DNA from: a virus | Virus record (IMG/VR): IMGVR_UViG_3300022539_000516 | Length of the DNA: 48,954 nucleotides | Reading direction: 5' to 3' (one strand) | Part shown: positions 18,229 through 28,454 of the stretch, one piece after another | Layout: each line of letters starts with the position of its first letter | How positions within the stretch are numbered: position 1 is the stretch's first letter | The notes under the pieces: generated by a model | The model's database searches: none | Told to the model about the DNA's origin: nothing | What the model saw: the letters and a program-made list of their open reading frames with translations, nothing else | Program-made: the position numbers and the translations under genes

Positions 18229-20151
18229 ATGAAAGAGAAAATCTTATCTCAAGATGTAGATATGATATTGTTTCATATAAAGTCTGCTAAAGATTTTCTG
18301 AAGCTTCCACACAAAACCGGGCCTACATTAAGACAAATATGGAAAAAGTATAGTAAAGCGTATAATTTGTATGTTAAAAGTCTTCCTGAAATAGATTCTC
18401 ATCCAAGACATGAAACGATAGTTAAGGAAATAAATAGTTTAATGGATGAGGTTAAAAAACTTGGTATGTTCAGAGAAAATCCATCGCATAAAATACAAAA
18501 TGTACCCGATTCACTATGTAATAAATGTCATCAAAATTGGGATGATGAATGTAGAGCTTTTCAATTACCCCGTTCAAAAGCAGAAAGAGAATTTAAATTA
18601 GAAGGAGAACCTCTATGTTTAAAAAGTTACGAAAGTAAGGTTTTAAAAAAAAGACTTAAAACAAGGGGGAATAAAATGATTGGTAGATACGAGAGGTTAG
18701 GAAAGTATGGTAGAAGGAGAAATCCAATAGACTATTCTGGAGCTTGGGATGCTATGGTTGACCAGAGACCTCAAGTATTACGGAAAATATTTCGTGAAGA
18801 ATATAGAATGAGAAGTTCAGATATAACAGAAATATTTAGATACTATTATAGAGATTTAGATTCGGATACAAAAAGAACTGCCAGAAGAATAATTGATGAT
18901 GTTCGTGGAGGAAGGAGAGAAAATCCTTCTTACAAGATATGGATGGAATTATCTTATACGCAAAAAGCAGAGATAATTAGACAAGCATTGGATAATTTAA
19001 GGGTTTCATTGCTAATGTATAGAAAAATTGAAGACTTAGCATTTACAGATTGGGAAAGTTTACCAAACGATATTAAATCCGAAGTATCAAAAATTATATT
19101 ACAGAAGATAAAGAAAAATCCTTGCTATGAATCAAGACGTAATGAAGATATGTTGCAGTTAGCAAACAAAGCGTTGGAGTCCTGTAAGTTTCGTGGTCAT
19201 AGAATGGGTAATTTCCATAAGACTGGGGAACACACGGCGTATGCGAAATGTGAGAGATGCGGAATGGAAGTTGATATAAATACCAAACCTTTACCTAATG
19301 AAATAGATATTAGCGGTGAAGCAGTGGCACTTAGTTGTAGAAGGAAGGTGTCAAGACGTAATCCAGAGAGTATAGTATTAGAAGTTTCTTATGACCCTAA
19401 ACTATTTGTGGCTGCTCCGTTGGCATTAGATAAAAAACTAGAAAAGATTGTTGGAAAACATAGTTCTGGTGGTGGCATGGGATTTGGAGGAAGAGATATA
19501 AATTGGTATGATTTAGATTTAAAAGAAGCTATAGATTTAAAACAGAAAATTGAGAAATCATTTCCAAAATTTATAGAAACAGGACAGATGAAAGTCAGGA
19601 TAGATAGGGATGTAGAAAACCCTAATTATCCATCAAGACATAATTCAAAGAGATGTGAAAATGCTTCAACAACGGGTAGTAATATAGGAATTCCTCAATG
19701 TTTTAATAATATAGCAAAATTTAAAGTAGTTGTTAAATATGATGGAGAAGAAGATACTCTCTATTTGTGCCAAGATTGTATGGAGACTTTAAGAAAAGAT
19801 GCAAGAAAACATGGATATTCAGTTAGTAAAAATAAATTATCAGAAACTAACCCCGGCCCCCGTGGTGGAGTAACAGAAGTCCAATCATTTTTATTTGACA
19901 GAGATTTATTTACGGTCAAAAAGGCAAAGAAGTGGCTCAAAGACCATGGACATAAATATGGAACGATGACAAAAAGTGGAGAAAGAGCGAATTATTACCA
20001 ATTTCCTCAATTCAGTTCCGAAGAAAAATGGATAAGGGGATTCAGAGTTGTTGATAAGTTTAAAAAAGGCAGGACTTATATACATTTTCCAGAAGGTATT
20101 AAAGTAAGAGTAGCAATAGAAAAAGGTGCACCAAGGTTAAAAAGGAGGTAA
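18229..20151 (+). CDS. Large modular polyprotein-like protein (about 8 NP/RN-delimited modules)
   Basis: RENP, RRNP, RENP, KKNPCYESRRN, RRNP, VENPNYPSRHN and ETNP junctions; several Cys/His zinc-binding-like modules; terminal VQSFLFDRDLFTVKKAKKWLKDHG module. Confidence 0.7.
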   Translation: MKEKILSQDVDMILFHIKSAKDFLKLPHKTGPTLRQIWKKYSKAYNLYVKSLPEIDSHPRHETIVKEINSLMDEVKKLGMFRENPSHKIQNVPDSLCNKCHQNWDDECRAFQLPRSKAEREFKLEGEPLCLKSYESKVLKKRLKTRGNKMIGRYERLGKYGRRRNPIDYSGAWDAMVDQRPQVLRKIFREEYRMRSSDITEIFRYYYRDLDSDTKRTARRIIDDVRGGRRENPSYKIWMELSYTQKAEIIRQALDNLRVSLLMYRKIEDLAFTDWESLPNDIKSEVSKIILQKIKKNPCYESRRNEDMLQLANKALESCKFRGHRMGNFHKTGEHTAYAKCERCGMEVDINTKPLPNEIDISGEAVALSCRRKVSRRNPESIVLEVSYDPKLFVAAPLALDKKLEKIVGKHSSGGGMGFGGRDINWYDLDLKEAIDLKQKIEKSFPKFIETGQMKVRIDRDVENPNYPSRHNSKRCENASTTGSNIGIPQCFNNIAKFKVVVKYDGEEDTLYLCQDCMETLRKDARKHGYSVSKNKLSETNPGPRGGVTEVQSFLFDRDLFTVKKAKKWLKDHGHKYGTMTKSGERANYYQFPQFSSEEKWIRGFRVVDKFKKGRTYIHFPEGIKVRVAIEKGAPRLKRR

Positions 20152-20153
20152 AA

Positions 20154-20462
20154 ATGAGAAGGCCAAAATATAGTATGTATAATCCTGATAAACACAAACC
20201 AAAAGTTTTAAGAAAAATAAAGGCTAAGGTAGGTTTGATTGTTGAAGTAAGTATTAGCACTAAACAGGCAGAAAGTCTTAGTCCTGACGAAGTAGAAGAG
20301 ATTTTTATAGATAAAGCAGGTAATGAAATAGCAGAAATACTAGAAAATGCAACTGGTTGGGATATATATGGAAGTGATTTAGTAAATGAAGGTCTTGTAG
20401 AAGTAATAGAAACTAATGTAGGAGTAAGAAAGAAAAAGATTAAAGAATCCTCATTGGCTTGA
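20154..20462 (+). CDS. Hypothetical protein with leader MRRPKYSMYNP
   Basis: AGGAGG RBS; ORF track. Confidence 0.6.
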   Translation: MRRPKYSMYNPDKHKPKVLRKIKAKVGLIVEVSISTKQAESLSPDEVEEIFIDKAGNEIAEILENATGWDIYGSDLVNEGLVEVIETNVGVRKKKIKESSLA

Positions 20463-20478
20463 AAAATAGGAGGTAGAA

Positions 20479-20673
20479 ATGATTTACAGAATGTCTTTAG
20501 ATGATTTCTATGTTATGTTGGAGAAAAATATAGAAAAATTGTGTGGCAAGAAAGAAGCAAAGCGTTTCACTGCAATGTTTGATGATGCTGTATATGAATT
20601 TTTAAAAGAAAAGAAAGACTATCAGGGTTCATATGAATTGAAAGGTAATATTACAATAAATAGTGAATGGTAA
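20479..20673 (+). CDS. Hypothetical protein
   Basis: AGGAGG RBS. Confidence 0.55.
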   Translation: MIYRMSLDDFYVMLEKNIEKLCGKKEAKRFTAMFDDAVYEFLKEKKDYQGSYELKGNITINSEW

Positions 20674-20696
20674 AATAAATATACTAGGAGGTAAAA

Positions 20697-20840
20697 ATGC
20701 TAGGATATATTTTAGGAATTATCGGAGGAGTTATGATAGTTAGGAATAAAGGCAATACAATGCCGGGTTGGATTTTGGGAACTATCGGTACGGTTATGGT
20801 AGTTAAAAGCATAACTAAAACAAGGAAGGCGTTAACATGA
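20697..20840 (+). CDS. Small membrane protein (47 aa; not in the ORF track)
   Basis: AGGAGG RBS; MLGYILGIIGGVMIV..GWILGTIGTVMVV, internally duplicated hydrophobic segments. Confidence 0.6.
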   Translation: MLGYILGIIGGVMIVRNKGNTMPGWILGTIGTVMVVKSITKTRKALT

Positions 20841-21166
20841 TTTTATTTATGATTGGTATAGCTTTGGGATGGTGGTTTAAAAATGGTATTAAGATAAAAG
20901 GTACAGAAAAGTCTGTTGTATCTACAAAACCTGCTAAAATTAAGACTATCCAAGAATTTATGAATTCTCCTCTTGTCGATCCTAAAATTAAAGAGTTGTT
21001 TAACAAAGGTATATACAAGGAAAAAATACTTGAAAGAATTTTAAAGACAAGTAGTATTAAAAGTGCTAGTCTTAAAAAGATGTGTTCCGAGAAAAATCCT
21101 AACATATGTTGGGAAGTGGTGGAGTTTGGTATAATACACAAAGAATCAAAACAAAAGGAGGTGTAA
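20837..21166 (+). CDS. Membrane-anchored paralog family member
   Basis: TM; IKTIQEFMNSPLVDPKIKEL domain. Confidence 0.6.
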   Translation: MILFMIGIALGWWFKNGIKIKGTEKSVVSTKPAKIKTIQEFMNSPLVDPKIKELFNKGIYKEKILERILKTSSIKSASLKKMCSEKNPNICWEVVEFGIIHKESKQKEV

Positions 21167-21167
21167 T

Positions 21168-21524
21168 ATGTTATTGCGAATGGTTTTGTTGATTGGTGGT
21201 GTAATTTTGGCATTTAATTTTGTGAAAAAGAAGATGGAAAAGGAACAAACTCAACTACCTAAATTTTCTAGAATTACTTCAGTTGAGCAGGCATTGAAAT
21301 CAAAATGGGTAACAAAAGAAGCAAAAGCTTTAATAAGGTTATATAAAAGATTTCCAGAAAAAATGGGTAGTGGACTTTCTGTGCATGGTAAATTGTTGAA
21401 AACATTAAAAACTAAAGATGTGAGAGCAATCAAAACACAGATGCTTGATATAGGGACTAGAAGTGAAAGAAAAATTCTTGTATTTGAAAAAGAGCCATCA
21501 TTCAAAACGTATGTAAAAATATAG
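21168..21524 (+). CDS. Membrane-anchored paralog family member
   Basis: TM + KKK; RITSVEQALKSKWVTKEAKALI. Confidence 0.65.
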   Translation: MLLRMVLLIGGVILAFNFVKKKMEKEQTQLPKFSRITSVEQALKSKWVTKEAKALIRLYKRFPEKMGSGLSVHGKLLKTLKTKDVRAIKTQMLDIGTRSERKILVFEKEPSFKTYVKI

Positions 21525-21572
21525 TAATAAATGCTTATCCATTTAATTTGTCATAAATAAAGGAGGTATAGT

Positions 21573-22172
21573 ATGTTTATTGCTTTAGCATTAATAGCAG
21601 GTGGTATAGCAACAGTGGCTTTTGTTGCAAAGAAAAGAAGAGAAGCCGTTTTTGAAGAACCAGTAGTTACACAGGAGCCTATATTAACTGAAAAACCATC
21701 GGTTTTTATACCTGAAGAACCTGAACAAAAAATAACAAAACCACCAACAAAAAAGCCACCAATAAAAGCATCAGAAATAAAACCACCAACAAAAAAGCCA
21801 CCAATAAAAGCATCAGAAATAAAACCACGAATACCTAGAATTACATCTTTGAATCAAGCATTAGTTTCAAAATGGGTCACACCAGAAGCAAAAGTATTGA
21901 TTAATAGAACTGTAGGAAGAATGATTGTCGGTCCTAAATTTATTCAGCTTAAAACCTATTCGGCTAAAGAACTTGAATCTATACTGACGAATAAATATGT
22001 AATGGCAATTAGAACTCAAGATATAAAAACTCCGTTAAGTAAAACTATAAGAGCCGTGAGAATTGATTTTTTACGCATTCTTATCTTTGAATCATTACCG
22101 CATACATGGTCGAGTATACCTTATTCAGCGATGATAAATATTAAAAAAAGATTATCCAGTACGTTCACCTAG
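21573..22172 (+). CDS. Membrane-anchored paralog family member
   Basis: TM + KKRR; KPPTKKPPIKASEI twice (42-bp tandem repeat); RITSLNQALVSKWVTPEAKVLI. Confidence 0.65.
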   Translation: MFIALALIAGGIATVAFVAKKRREAVFEEPVVTQEPILTEKPSVFIPEEPEQKITKPPTKKPPIKASEIKPPTKKPPIKASEIKPRIPRITSLNQALVSKWVTPEAKVLINRTVGRMIVGPKFIQLKTYSAKELESILTNKYVMAIRTQDIKTPLSKTIRAVRIDFLRILIFESLPHTWSSIPYSAMINIKKRLSSTFT

Positions 22173-22189
22173 AAACAAGGAGGTAGAAA

Positions 22190-22957
22190 ATGATAGTCCC
22201 GTTGTTGATAGTTGGCGGAATAGTAACAGCAGTTTTTCTTGCAAAGAAGAAGCAAGAGCAAGCTGTTGCAGAAAAACCAGTTGTGACGGAAAAACCTTCA
22301 CAAACGACTTTGATGCCACCAGAAGCTCCTAGAATTACTTCAATAGAACAGGCATTAAAGTCACCAAATGTTACACCGGAAGCAAAAGAAATGCTTAAGG
22401 CTAGGACTAAGGGTAAGAAGTCAAAAGAATATTATCAAAAACGATTAGACGAAGAATATATAACAACAATAAAGACTGATATGATGGGAGGTAAGGGAAA
22501 ACCATTTAGATTTCTTGTTTTCGGATCAAAACCTACGGAAAAAGCTGCTTTTCTTGTTCCTCGAATTACTTCAATAGAACAGGCATTAAAGTCAAAGTGG
22601 GTAACACCCCAAGCAAAAATGCTGATTAATTATTCATTGGGGAAACTCTTTCCTAAAATGAAAGCGGGGCATACTTGGACTAAAATGCCAAAAACACAGA
22701 TGGAGTCTATATTGAAAAGTAAAAATATAAAGGCAATTAGAACTCAGATGATGTGCACTAGAAGTATTCCAAGTAAATGTATAACTAATCTTATTCTCGA
22801 ATCAAAACCTCATCAATGGAAGAAGATGAGTTCTGTTAAGAAAGCTTCGACAATGGAAAAAGTAAAGATGATTATGGGTGGACCTGGAGTAATGTCGAAA
22901 CCGTTTAGTTGGAGCAAGTTTATACCACCGGCTATGAGGGGTATGGTTAAACGATGA
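22190..22957 (+). CDS. Membrane-anchored paralog family member with two domain copies
   Basis: TM + KKK; PRITSIEQALKS twice. Confidence 0.65.
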   Translation: MIVPLLIVGGIVTAVFLAKKKQEQAVAEKPVVTEKPSQTTLMPPEAPRITSIEQALKSPNVTPEAKEMLKARTKGKKSKEYYQKRLDEEYITTIKTDMMGGKGKPFRFLVFGSKPTEKAAFLVPRITSIEQALKSKWVTPQAKMLINYSLGKLFPKMKAGHTWTKMPKTQMESILKSKNIKAIRTQMMCTRSIPSKCITNLILESKPHQWKKMSSVKKASTMEKVKMIMGGPGVMSKPFSWSKFIPPAMRGMVKR

Positions 22958-23097
22958 TAACTAAACCGTCTTGAGCCTTCCTTGCGCTCACTACGCTCAA
23001 GATATAGCCTGAGAGGTCTTATGATAAGCCATGTTCAAAAAAGTCGTCTGCAATGTGTTGCAAAGGGGTTGTATTAAAATGTTGAGGGAGGATAAAA

Positions 23098-23379
23098 ATG
23101 CGTTGTCCACATTGTAAGCGTGATATAGAACTTTTACAAGGAACAGTTACTGGAGTTATATTGATTAATACATTTCCGCATATTAAAAAACTAAATTGGG
23201 ATTCTATTGCTCTTCAAAATTATGAATTGGAAAGTTTATCTTGTCCGTATTGTGGATATGAATTAGATTTTGAGAAAGATTTGGAATTGAGTAAAGAAGA
23301 TTTAGGGACTAAAGCAACAAAATGCTATCAAATTAAACCCACGTTTTTGCATGCTATGAGAATGTCAGAATTACGCTAG
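23098..23379 (+). CDS. Zinc-ribbon protein
   Basis: CPHC ... CPYC; GGGAGG RBS. Confidence 0.6.
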   Translation: MRCPHCKRDIELLQGTVTGVILINTFPHIKKLNWDSIALQNYELESLSCPYCGYELDFEKDLELSKEDLGTKATKCYQIKPTFLHAMRMSELR

Positions 23380-23389
23380 GATTTATTAA

Positions 23390-24325
23390 ATGCTAAATAG
23401 ATACACAAGAGACAAACTAGAACGAATCAAGGCTTATCTTGAAGAAGCTAAAATAGACCCTGAATTTTTTACAAAATATGCCAGGAAAGAGATAAGAAGA
23501 ATACTTGATATTTCCATGGAAAACTTGAAACTTGGTCATAATGATGCTAAAATAGTTATCCGGGCAGCGAATAAAGCACTCAGGGAGTTAAGCAGACATA
23601 GAGCTAATGTTTTAGAAACTTTAGACGAAAGCCAATTTAAACGGAGACGGATAAGAGAAAAACCGTCAAAAAAGAGGCGTAAAGGATTAGAGGTATTTAC
23701 TGAAGAAGAATTATTTAGAAAGAAAGTTGAACCGGTTAAAAGGAAGAGAATTCCAGTATCTGAAGAAGAATATGATGAGGAACAAGAAAAATTATTTGAG
23801 GAAGTTTTTGGCGAATATATGGAAGAGGAAGAAGTAGTAGAAGAAGAAACAACTCCTCTATGGTTGTCAAGAATATATGAAAGACAAATTAAGGGAAATG
23901 TACCATTCTGGAAAGGAGATATTGTACTTGATACAAGATTTAATAAAAGAGGGACAGTTATGTGGAGTATGCCTGACGGAGAAACGTCAGTCATGTTTTT
24001 AGAAAAAGGACATCGTCAGCCAGTTTTTGGATATTATTATGAAGATGAATTTAAATATTTAAAACATATACGACCAATTATATCTTTTGTTTATAAAGGC
24101 AAAAAAATCAAGAGACCTGGAATAGAAAATCCTTTAAGGGGATACCAGATTTTAGAAAAAGCTGAAAGGATAGCAAAATTTGATGAAGAGGTAAAGATGG
24201 CATTAAGAGAATATAAAAGAAGTTCTGGAGTAAAAGACTTATTAATAAAAGAAATTTTTATGTTATTGAGAAAACACGGTTATATAGATAAAACAGAAAC
24301 AATGCTTGAAAGGAAATATCGATGA
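23390..24325 (+). CDS. Modular hypothetical protein
   Basis: RANV, KGNV and IENP junction-like motifs; SH3-like FWKGDIVLD..RGTVM module. Confidence 0.6.
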   Translation: MLNRYTRDKLERIKAYLEEAKIDPEFFTKYARKEIRRILDISMENLKLGHNDAKIVIRAANKALRELSRHRANVLETLDESQFKRRRIREKPSKKRRKGLEVFTEEELFRKKVEPVKRKRIPVSEEEYDEEQEKLFEEVFGEYMEEEEVVEEETTPLWLSRIYERQIKGNVPFWKGDIVLDTRFNKRGTVMWSMPDGETSVMFLEKGHRQPVFGYYYEDEFKYLKHIRPIISFVYKGKKIKRPGIENPLRGYQILEKAERIAKFDEEVKMALREYKRSSGVKDLLIKEIFMLLRKHGYIDKTETMLERKYR

Positions 24326-24516
24326 AAAATATCCCCATGTTAAATAGAAAGTTTGTAGTTACTTTCAGAGATTTTATTTATTCTATGAATTTAGATATAG
24401 ATAATATTGGAGAAAAAGAAATAGAAATATTTATTTATTCAAAAACCATTGAATTGTCAAAATGGTTAAGAAGTTCTTTATCTGTATATAAAGAGCAAAT
24501 ACACAAGGAGGAATAA
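24322..24516 (+). CDS. Hypothetical protein
   Basis: ATGA overlap with the upstream gene. Confidence 0.45.
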   Translation: MKNIPMLNRKFVVTFRDFIYSMNLDIDNIGEKEIEIFIYSKTIELSKWLRSSLSVYKEQIHKEE

Positions 24517-24638
24517 TGGATGATAGACTAAAAAGAGCATTACAGATAGCGGCAGGTGTAGCAGTATCTAATTTTATAGCATGGTATTTTATCATCCTGC
24601 CATTGTTTGATAGGGACAAGAAACAAATAGAGGAGTAG
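24516..24638 (+). CDS. Small single-TM protein (40 aa; not in the ORF track)
   Basis: AAGGAGG RBS; MDDRLKRALQIAAGVAVSNFIAWYFIILPLF. Confidence 0.55.
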   Translation: MDDRLKRALQIAAGVAVSNFIAWYFIILPLFDRDKKQIEE

Positions 24639-24651
24639 AAAGGAGCTTAAC

Positions 24652-24969
24652 ATGGCTAAAGTTATAGAAATTGCCAAAGCAGAGAAGTTGTGTGGAATTT
24701 CTATGAATATTCATTTGAAAAATCAGAAAGATGTAGAGAACATAATACGACGGGCAACTGGTACTATAGTAGAACGATATTCGCTTGGTAATAAAATGAG
24801 TCATTGGTTGGTATTAAATGTAGGAAGAGAATTAATAGGTATATTGAAACAACTTTCATTAAGGGGGTATTGTACTGACCCAAAGATTCTTTTTAAACAT
24901 ATATCAACAAATGGAAGAATTCCACAACAAAGAGTAAAGGAGGTTAAAAGTGAACGAGAAAATAAATAA
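24652..24969 (+). CDS. Hypothetical protein
   Basis: AAGGAG RBS. Confidence 0.55.
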   Translation: MAKVIEIAKAEKLCGISMNIHLKNQKDVENIIRRATGTIVERYSLGNKMSHWLVLNVGRELIGILKQLSLRGYCTDPKILFKHISTNGRIPQQRVKEVKSERENK

Positions 24970-25306
24970 TAAATTTTGGAGAGGTGCGACGTTTAAGATT
25001 TTAATGGCAATACTTGTTTTATTGTTTGGTGCCATGCTTGCTATCCCATCTCGTAATGCTAAACAAATAAATAATATAATAAGTCAAAACAATGATTCTT
25101 GGAGAGAGGTAAAAGAAGAACAGGGAAAAACAATAGAACGGGTAGTTAAATTGGAAGCTGATACCGGACATATTGAAGATAATATAGGAGAAATAAAAGA
25201 TGATATTAGCAAAATAGATGGAAAAGTTGATAACATACAGAAAGATATGGTTACACAGAAAGACTTTGATAATTTGAAGGAATTTATAATCAAAAATAAC
25301 GAATAA
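24950..25306 (+). CDS. TM plus coiled-coil protein (lysis-associated?)
   Basis: N-terminal TM and heptad pattern IEDNIGEIKDDISKIDGKVD; upstream of the M15 peptidase. Confidence 0.55.
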   Translation: MNEKINNKFWRGATFKILMAILVLLFGAMLAIPSRNAKQINNIISQNNDSWREVKEEQGKTIERVVKLEADTGHIEDNIGEIKDDISKIDGKVDNIQKDMVTQKDFDNLKEFIIKNNE

Positions 25307-25385
25307 GTCATTCTCCTCTCGTTTGACATTTTGGGTGGATGGAATTTAAACACAGTTAAGTTTCATCCACCCAGAAGGAGTAAAA

Positions 25386-26186
25386 ATGAAGAAAGCAAAA
25401 GAAAATATTAGTCCCGTAATTCCACTTACGATTGTTGGAGGTATTGCAGCAGTTGGAGGAACAATATTTTGGTTGATGAAGAAAAAGAAAACTGTATCGT
25501 ATACACCAGCGTATACACCTGCGTATACACCACCAGCGTACACAAAGCCAGCACAGCCACCGTTGTATACAGAACCGAAAAAACCAACGTTCGTTCAGAA
25601 AATCAAAAATATATTCAAACCTAAAACAAAAGCATTAACAAATGTATTAATGAAAGGAAAGCAGTATTTACAATATCTTCCGAAACTTTCATCAAAACCT
25701 AGATTTCCAAGAAGTTTAGTAGAATTAAATCTTTGGAATCAGAAGAAACTTCAGGAATTGCAACCGGGTTTTAAATCTAAGATAATGGCATTATTATCCA
25801 GAGCAAAAAGAGAACAGGGAATGGATTTAATTATATTTGAAGCATATAGACCACCGGAAAAACAGGATGTTTTATATCAACAATATTTATTATATAAAAG
25901 AACTAAGGGGAAAAAGGGAAAGAAGGTAACAACAATACCTCCGTTTGTAGGTGGACATAGTTTTGGATTGGCAACAGATACATTTCCTTGGCAAAAAGGA
26001 AATACAAAATTATGGAGTTATCCTAGAGAAACATATAAAAAATATCTGAGGATAGCAGTATCGTTAGGTTTGTACTCGTTAGGTATGGATAGAGGTTGGG
26101 ATTGGGGGCATATTGAAGATAAATCAAGACAACCCTGGATGGCTGTATTAACTAGGATTTCAAAACAAGAATATGGCATAGCATGA
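25386..26186 (+). CDS. Membrane-anchored M15-family (L-Ala-D-Glu type) peptidoglycan peptidase
   Basis: EAYRPPEKQDVLY, GHSFGLATD and WDWGHIE motifs; N-terminal TM and YTPA repeats. Confidence 0.82.
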   Translation: MKKAKENISPVIPLTIVGGIAAVGGTIFWLMKKKKTVSYTPAYTPAYTPPAYTKPAQPPLYTEPKKPTFVQKIKNIFKPKTKALTNVLMKGKQYLQYLPKLSSKPRFPRSLVELNLWNQKKLQELQPGFKSKIMALLSRAKREQGMDLIIFEAYRPPEKQDVLYQQYLLYKRTKGKKGKKVTTIPPFVGGHSFGLATDTFPWQKGNTKLWSYPRETYKKYLRIAVSLGLYSLGMDRGWDWGHIEDKSRQPWMAVLTRISKQEYGIA

Positions 26187-26263
26187 CCTCAATTTGTATA
26201 CGGCCTAACACCTTATCAGATATGTATGTATACATGTATACGTCTGTTTAGTGGAGGTATAAA

Positions 26264-26572
26264 GTGGTGACTCGTAGGAAAAAAACTAAATATGAAAAAG
26301 TTAGAGGAAGAATAACACATAAGTCTAGAGACAAGATAATTAGATTAGAAAGATTGCTCAAGAGAAAAAAGCTTAGTTTGAATGATTTAATACTTTTAAT
26401 TAATACTTTATCTGTAGAGTGTGAAGGATTATCCGAAAGAGCAGAAGCTATACAATATATTCTTGAACGAACTGGAACATTATTTGAAAATATACTAGAA
26501 AGAGCGTTAGAAGAAGGTTCTAAAGTTAAAGAAAATCTTCCATTATATTGTGAGGATGATGAAATAGAATGA
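26264..26572 (+). CDS. Hypothetical protein
   Basis: GGAGG RBS, GTG start. Confidence 0.5.
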   Translation: MVTRRKKTKYEKVRGRITHKSRDKIIRLERLLKRKKLSLNDLILLINTLSVECEGLSERAEAIQYILERTGTLFENILERALEEGSKVKENLPLYCEDDEIE

Positions 26573-27126
26573 ATTTACTTTCAGCAGCATGGTTAGGTTT
26601 TTCAGGATGGAAAATCATACGAACAAATTATGTTCAAGGATTCTGGAATAAACATTTTGAACCATTTTTTAAAGGAAAATATTTTAAGACTATAATAGAT
26701 TTAGGTTGTGGAGAAGGTTCGTATGCTATTCATTTAAAACAATATGCCAGTAGAGTAATAGGAGTAGATGTTGACCCGCTTAGCGTAGTGATATCAAAAG
26801 GTCATTACGATAAGGTGATTGAAGCAAATATATCAAACATTATTTTACCACGGAATTGTGCAGTATTTTGTAATCAGGTAATAGAACATATGACACCAAA
26901 AAACGGTGTACGTTTACTGAAACAGTTAAGGTCTAAAGCAAAGTTTGCTATAATTTGTTGTCCGGTTGACCCTTTTAGAAGACAAGAATGGAGAATATTA
27001 GCTCCTTGGGGAAAACAACATTCACATAAAAGTACGTGGACTCCTTCAGTGTTTAATCATTATGGATTTGATGTAAATATAATAGGACAGTGTATTGTGG
27101 CAGTTTTAGATAAAAAATATTATTAG
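26569..27126 (+). CDS. Class I SAM-dependent methyltransferase
   Basis: IIDLGCGEG, VIGVD and QVIEHM motifs. Confidence 0.85.
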   Translation: MNLLSAAWLGFSGWKIIRTNYVQGFWNKHFEPFFKGKYFKTIIDLGCGEGSYAIHLKQYASRVIGVDVDPLSVVISKGHYDKVIEANISNIILPRNCAVFCNQVIEHMTPKNGVRLLKQLRSKAKFAIICCPVDPFRRQEWRILAPWGKQHSHKSTWTPSVFNHYGFDVNIIGQCIVAVLDKKYY

Positions 27127-27132
27127 GAGGGA

Positions 27133-28212
27133 ATGATGAGAAGATGTAGAGCGAATAGATTTGCAACAACAAAAGATAGACTGTATGAGTGTCAAGAGTG
27201 TGGCAAACAAGAGGTACACAGGACGAATCATACAGGACAGACATATCCTCACTGTGGTTATTGTAATAAAACGACTACATGGGAATATATCAGGGACATC
27301 GATTGGGATAAGGATAAAGGTATTTATTCCCAATTATCGCCGGGGTCTGTTTCAAGGAAAATAAAATTTTACAGGAAGACTAACTCCAGAAGAAATCCTA
27401 CAAGATGGATTACAGATACAACTGGAGAAGTAGTCTGTGCTGTATGTGGAAGACCTAAAAGAGGTAGAACAAAATGCTGTCGAGTTGCGCCTTCCGTGTC
27501 TTTTGAAAGGTTTGTTGAAAGATATTTTCCCGGAGCACAGATGAATGACCCGGAGGATGAAAATTATGTATCAGGAGCAACAGCTAGAGAATTCTATGAA
27601 GATTATAGATTAAGCAATTGTAGAAGTTTATCGGAATATATAAAAGAGACGCAGACTACTCTACCATCGGATATAGATGAAATAGATTCAGATATAGCAG
27701 AAGAAGAGGAAAGAAAAATTAAGAAATTACATAGGAGATTAGAAGGTGAAGGAGTCGAGTTTGTTGAAAGAAATCCAAGATGTAGATACAGAAGAAATGC
27801 AAAAAAAGGAGAAGAACAACGGTTTGCAGAATGGTGGAATAAGGCATCATTCGATGATAGGTTGGATGTTTTTAGAATAGCTTGTCCATCAAAACCGTCG
27901 TCATATGTTGTAGAAGATTGGTCTAATTTGCCTGTATTAATTAGAACTAAATTGATAACGATAAGGATGAGGTCTAAAGAAAATCCTTGTTATTCAAGAA
28001 GAAATATAACAGAAGAAGATATAAGACGACATTGTGGGACAGGTCGTATGAATCCAGAAATGGAGTTTATTCAGGTAGATAAATGGGGTAAGATATTAGC
28101 TGAATATACTTTTGAGCAATTATACGATTATCAAAAAGAAAAATATGCAGATATGGAGATAGATGAAGAAAGAAAATTTACCGGGACAACATTTCTTCAA
28201 AGAGTAAAATAA
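27133..28212 (+). CDS. Modular polyprotein-like protein with zinc-ribbon modules
   Basis: Leader MMRRCRAN; RRNP, ERNPRCRYRRN, KENPCYSRRN and RMNP junctions; CxxC pairs. Confidence 0.7.
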   Translation: MMRRCRANRFATTKDRLYECQECGKQEVHRTNHTGQTYPHCGYCNKTTTWEYIRDIDWDKDKGIYSQLSPGSVSRKIKFYRKTNSRRNPTRWITDTTGEVVCAVCGRPKRGRTKCCRVAPSVSFERFVERYFPGAQMNDPEDENYVSGATAREFYEDYRLSNCRSLSEYIKETQTTLPSDIDEIDSDIAEEEERKIKKLHRRLEGEGVEFVERNPRCRYRRNAKKGEEQRFAEWWNKASFDDRLDVFRIACPSKPSSYVVEDWSNLPVLIRTKLITIRMRSKENPCYSRRNITEEDIRRHCGTGRMNPEMEFIQVDKWGKILAEYTFEQLYDYQKEKYADMEIDEERKFTGTTFLQRVK

Positions 28213-28454
28213 TGAAACCGAGAATACGTTCTCCTTACGAGTCTAGGTATTTAAAGAAAGTATACAGAGAAATTATAGAAGAATTTTATGAATCTGACAT
28301 AATTCCATATAACTGGAGAATAATGAGCGAAATATGTTATAAAATTAAAGAAGATTTTCCTCATGGAAATTTTTATCCAATTAATCTTGAAAGAATTAAA
28401 AGACAATTGGATTCAATAATTCCAACGATAATTTATGAATTGTTGGGTGAGTGA
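28212..28454 (+). CDS. Hypothetical protein
   Basis: Translationally coupled ORF. Confidence 0.5.
   Translation: MKPRIRSPYESRYLKKVYREIIEEFYESDIIPYNWRIMSEICYKIKEDFPHGNFYPINLERIKRQLDSIIPTIIYELLGE

Noticed and set aside
26213-26246. Palindrome gtatacatgtatac as an operator or recombination site
   Set aside because: It is a single low-complexity occurrence with no second copy or supporting context.
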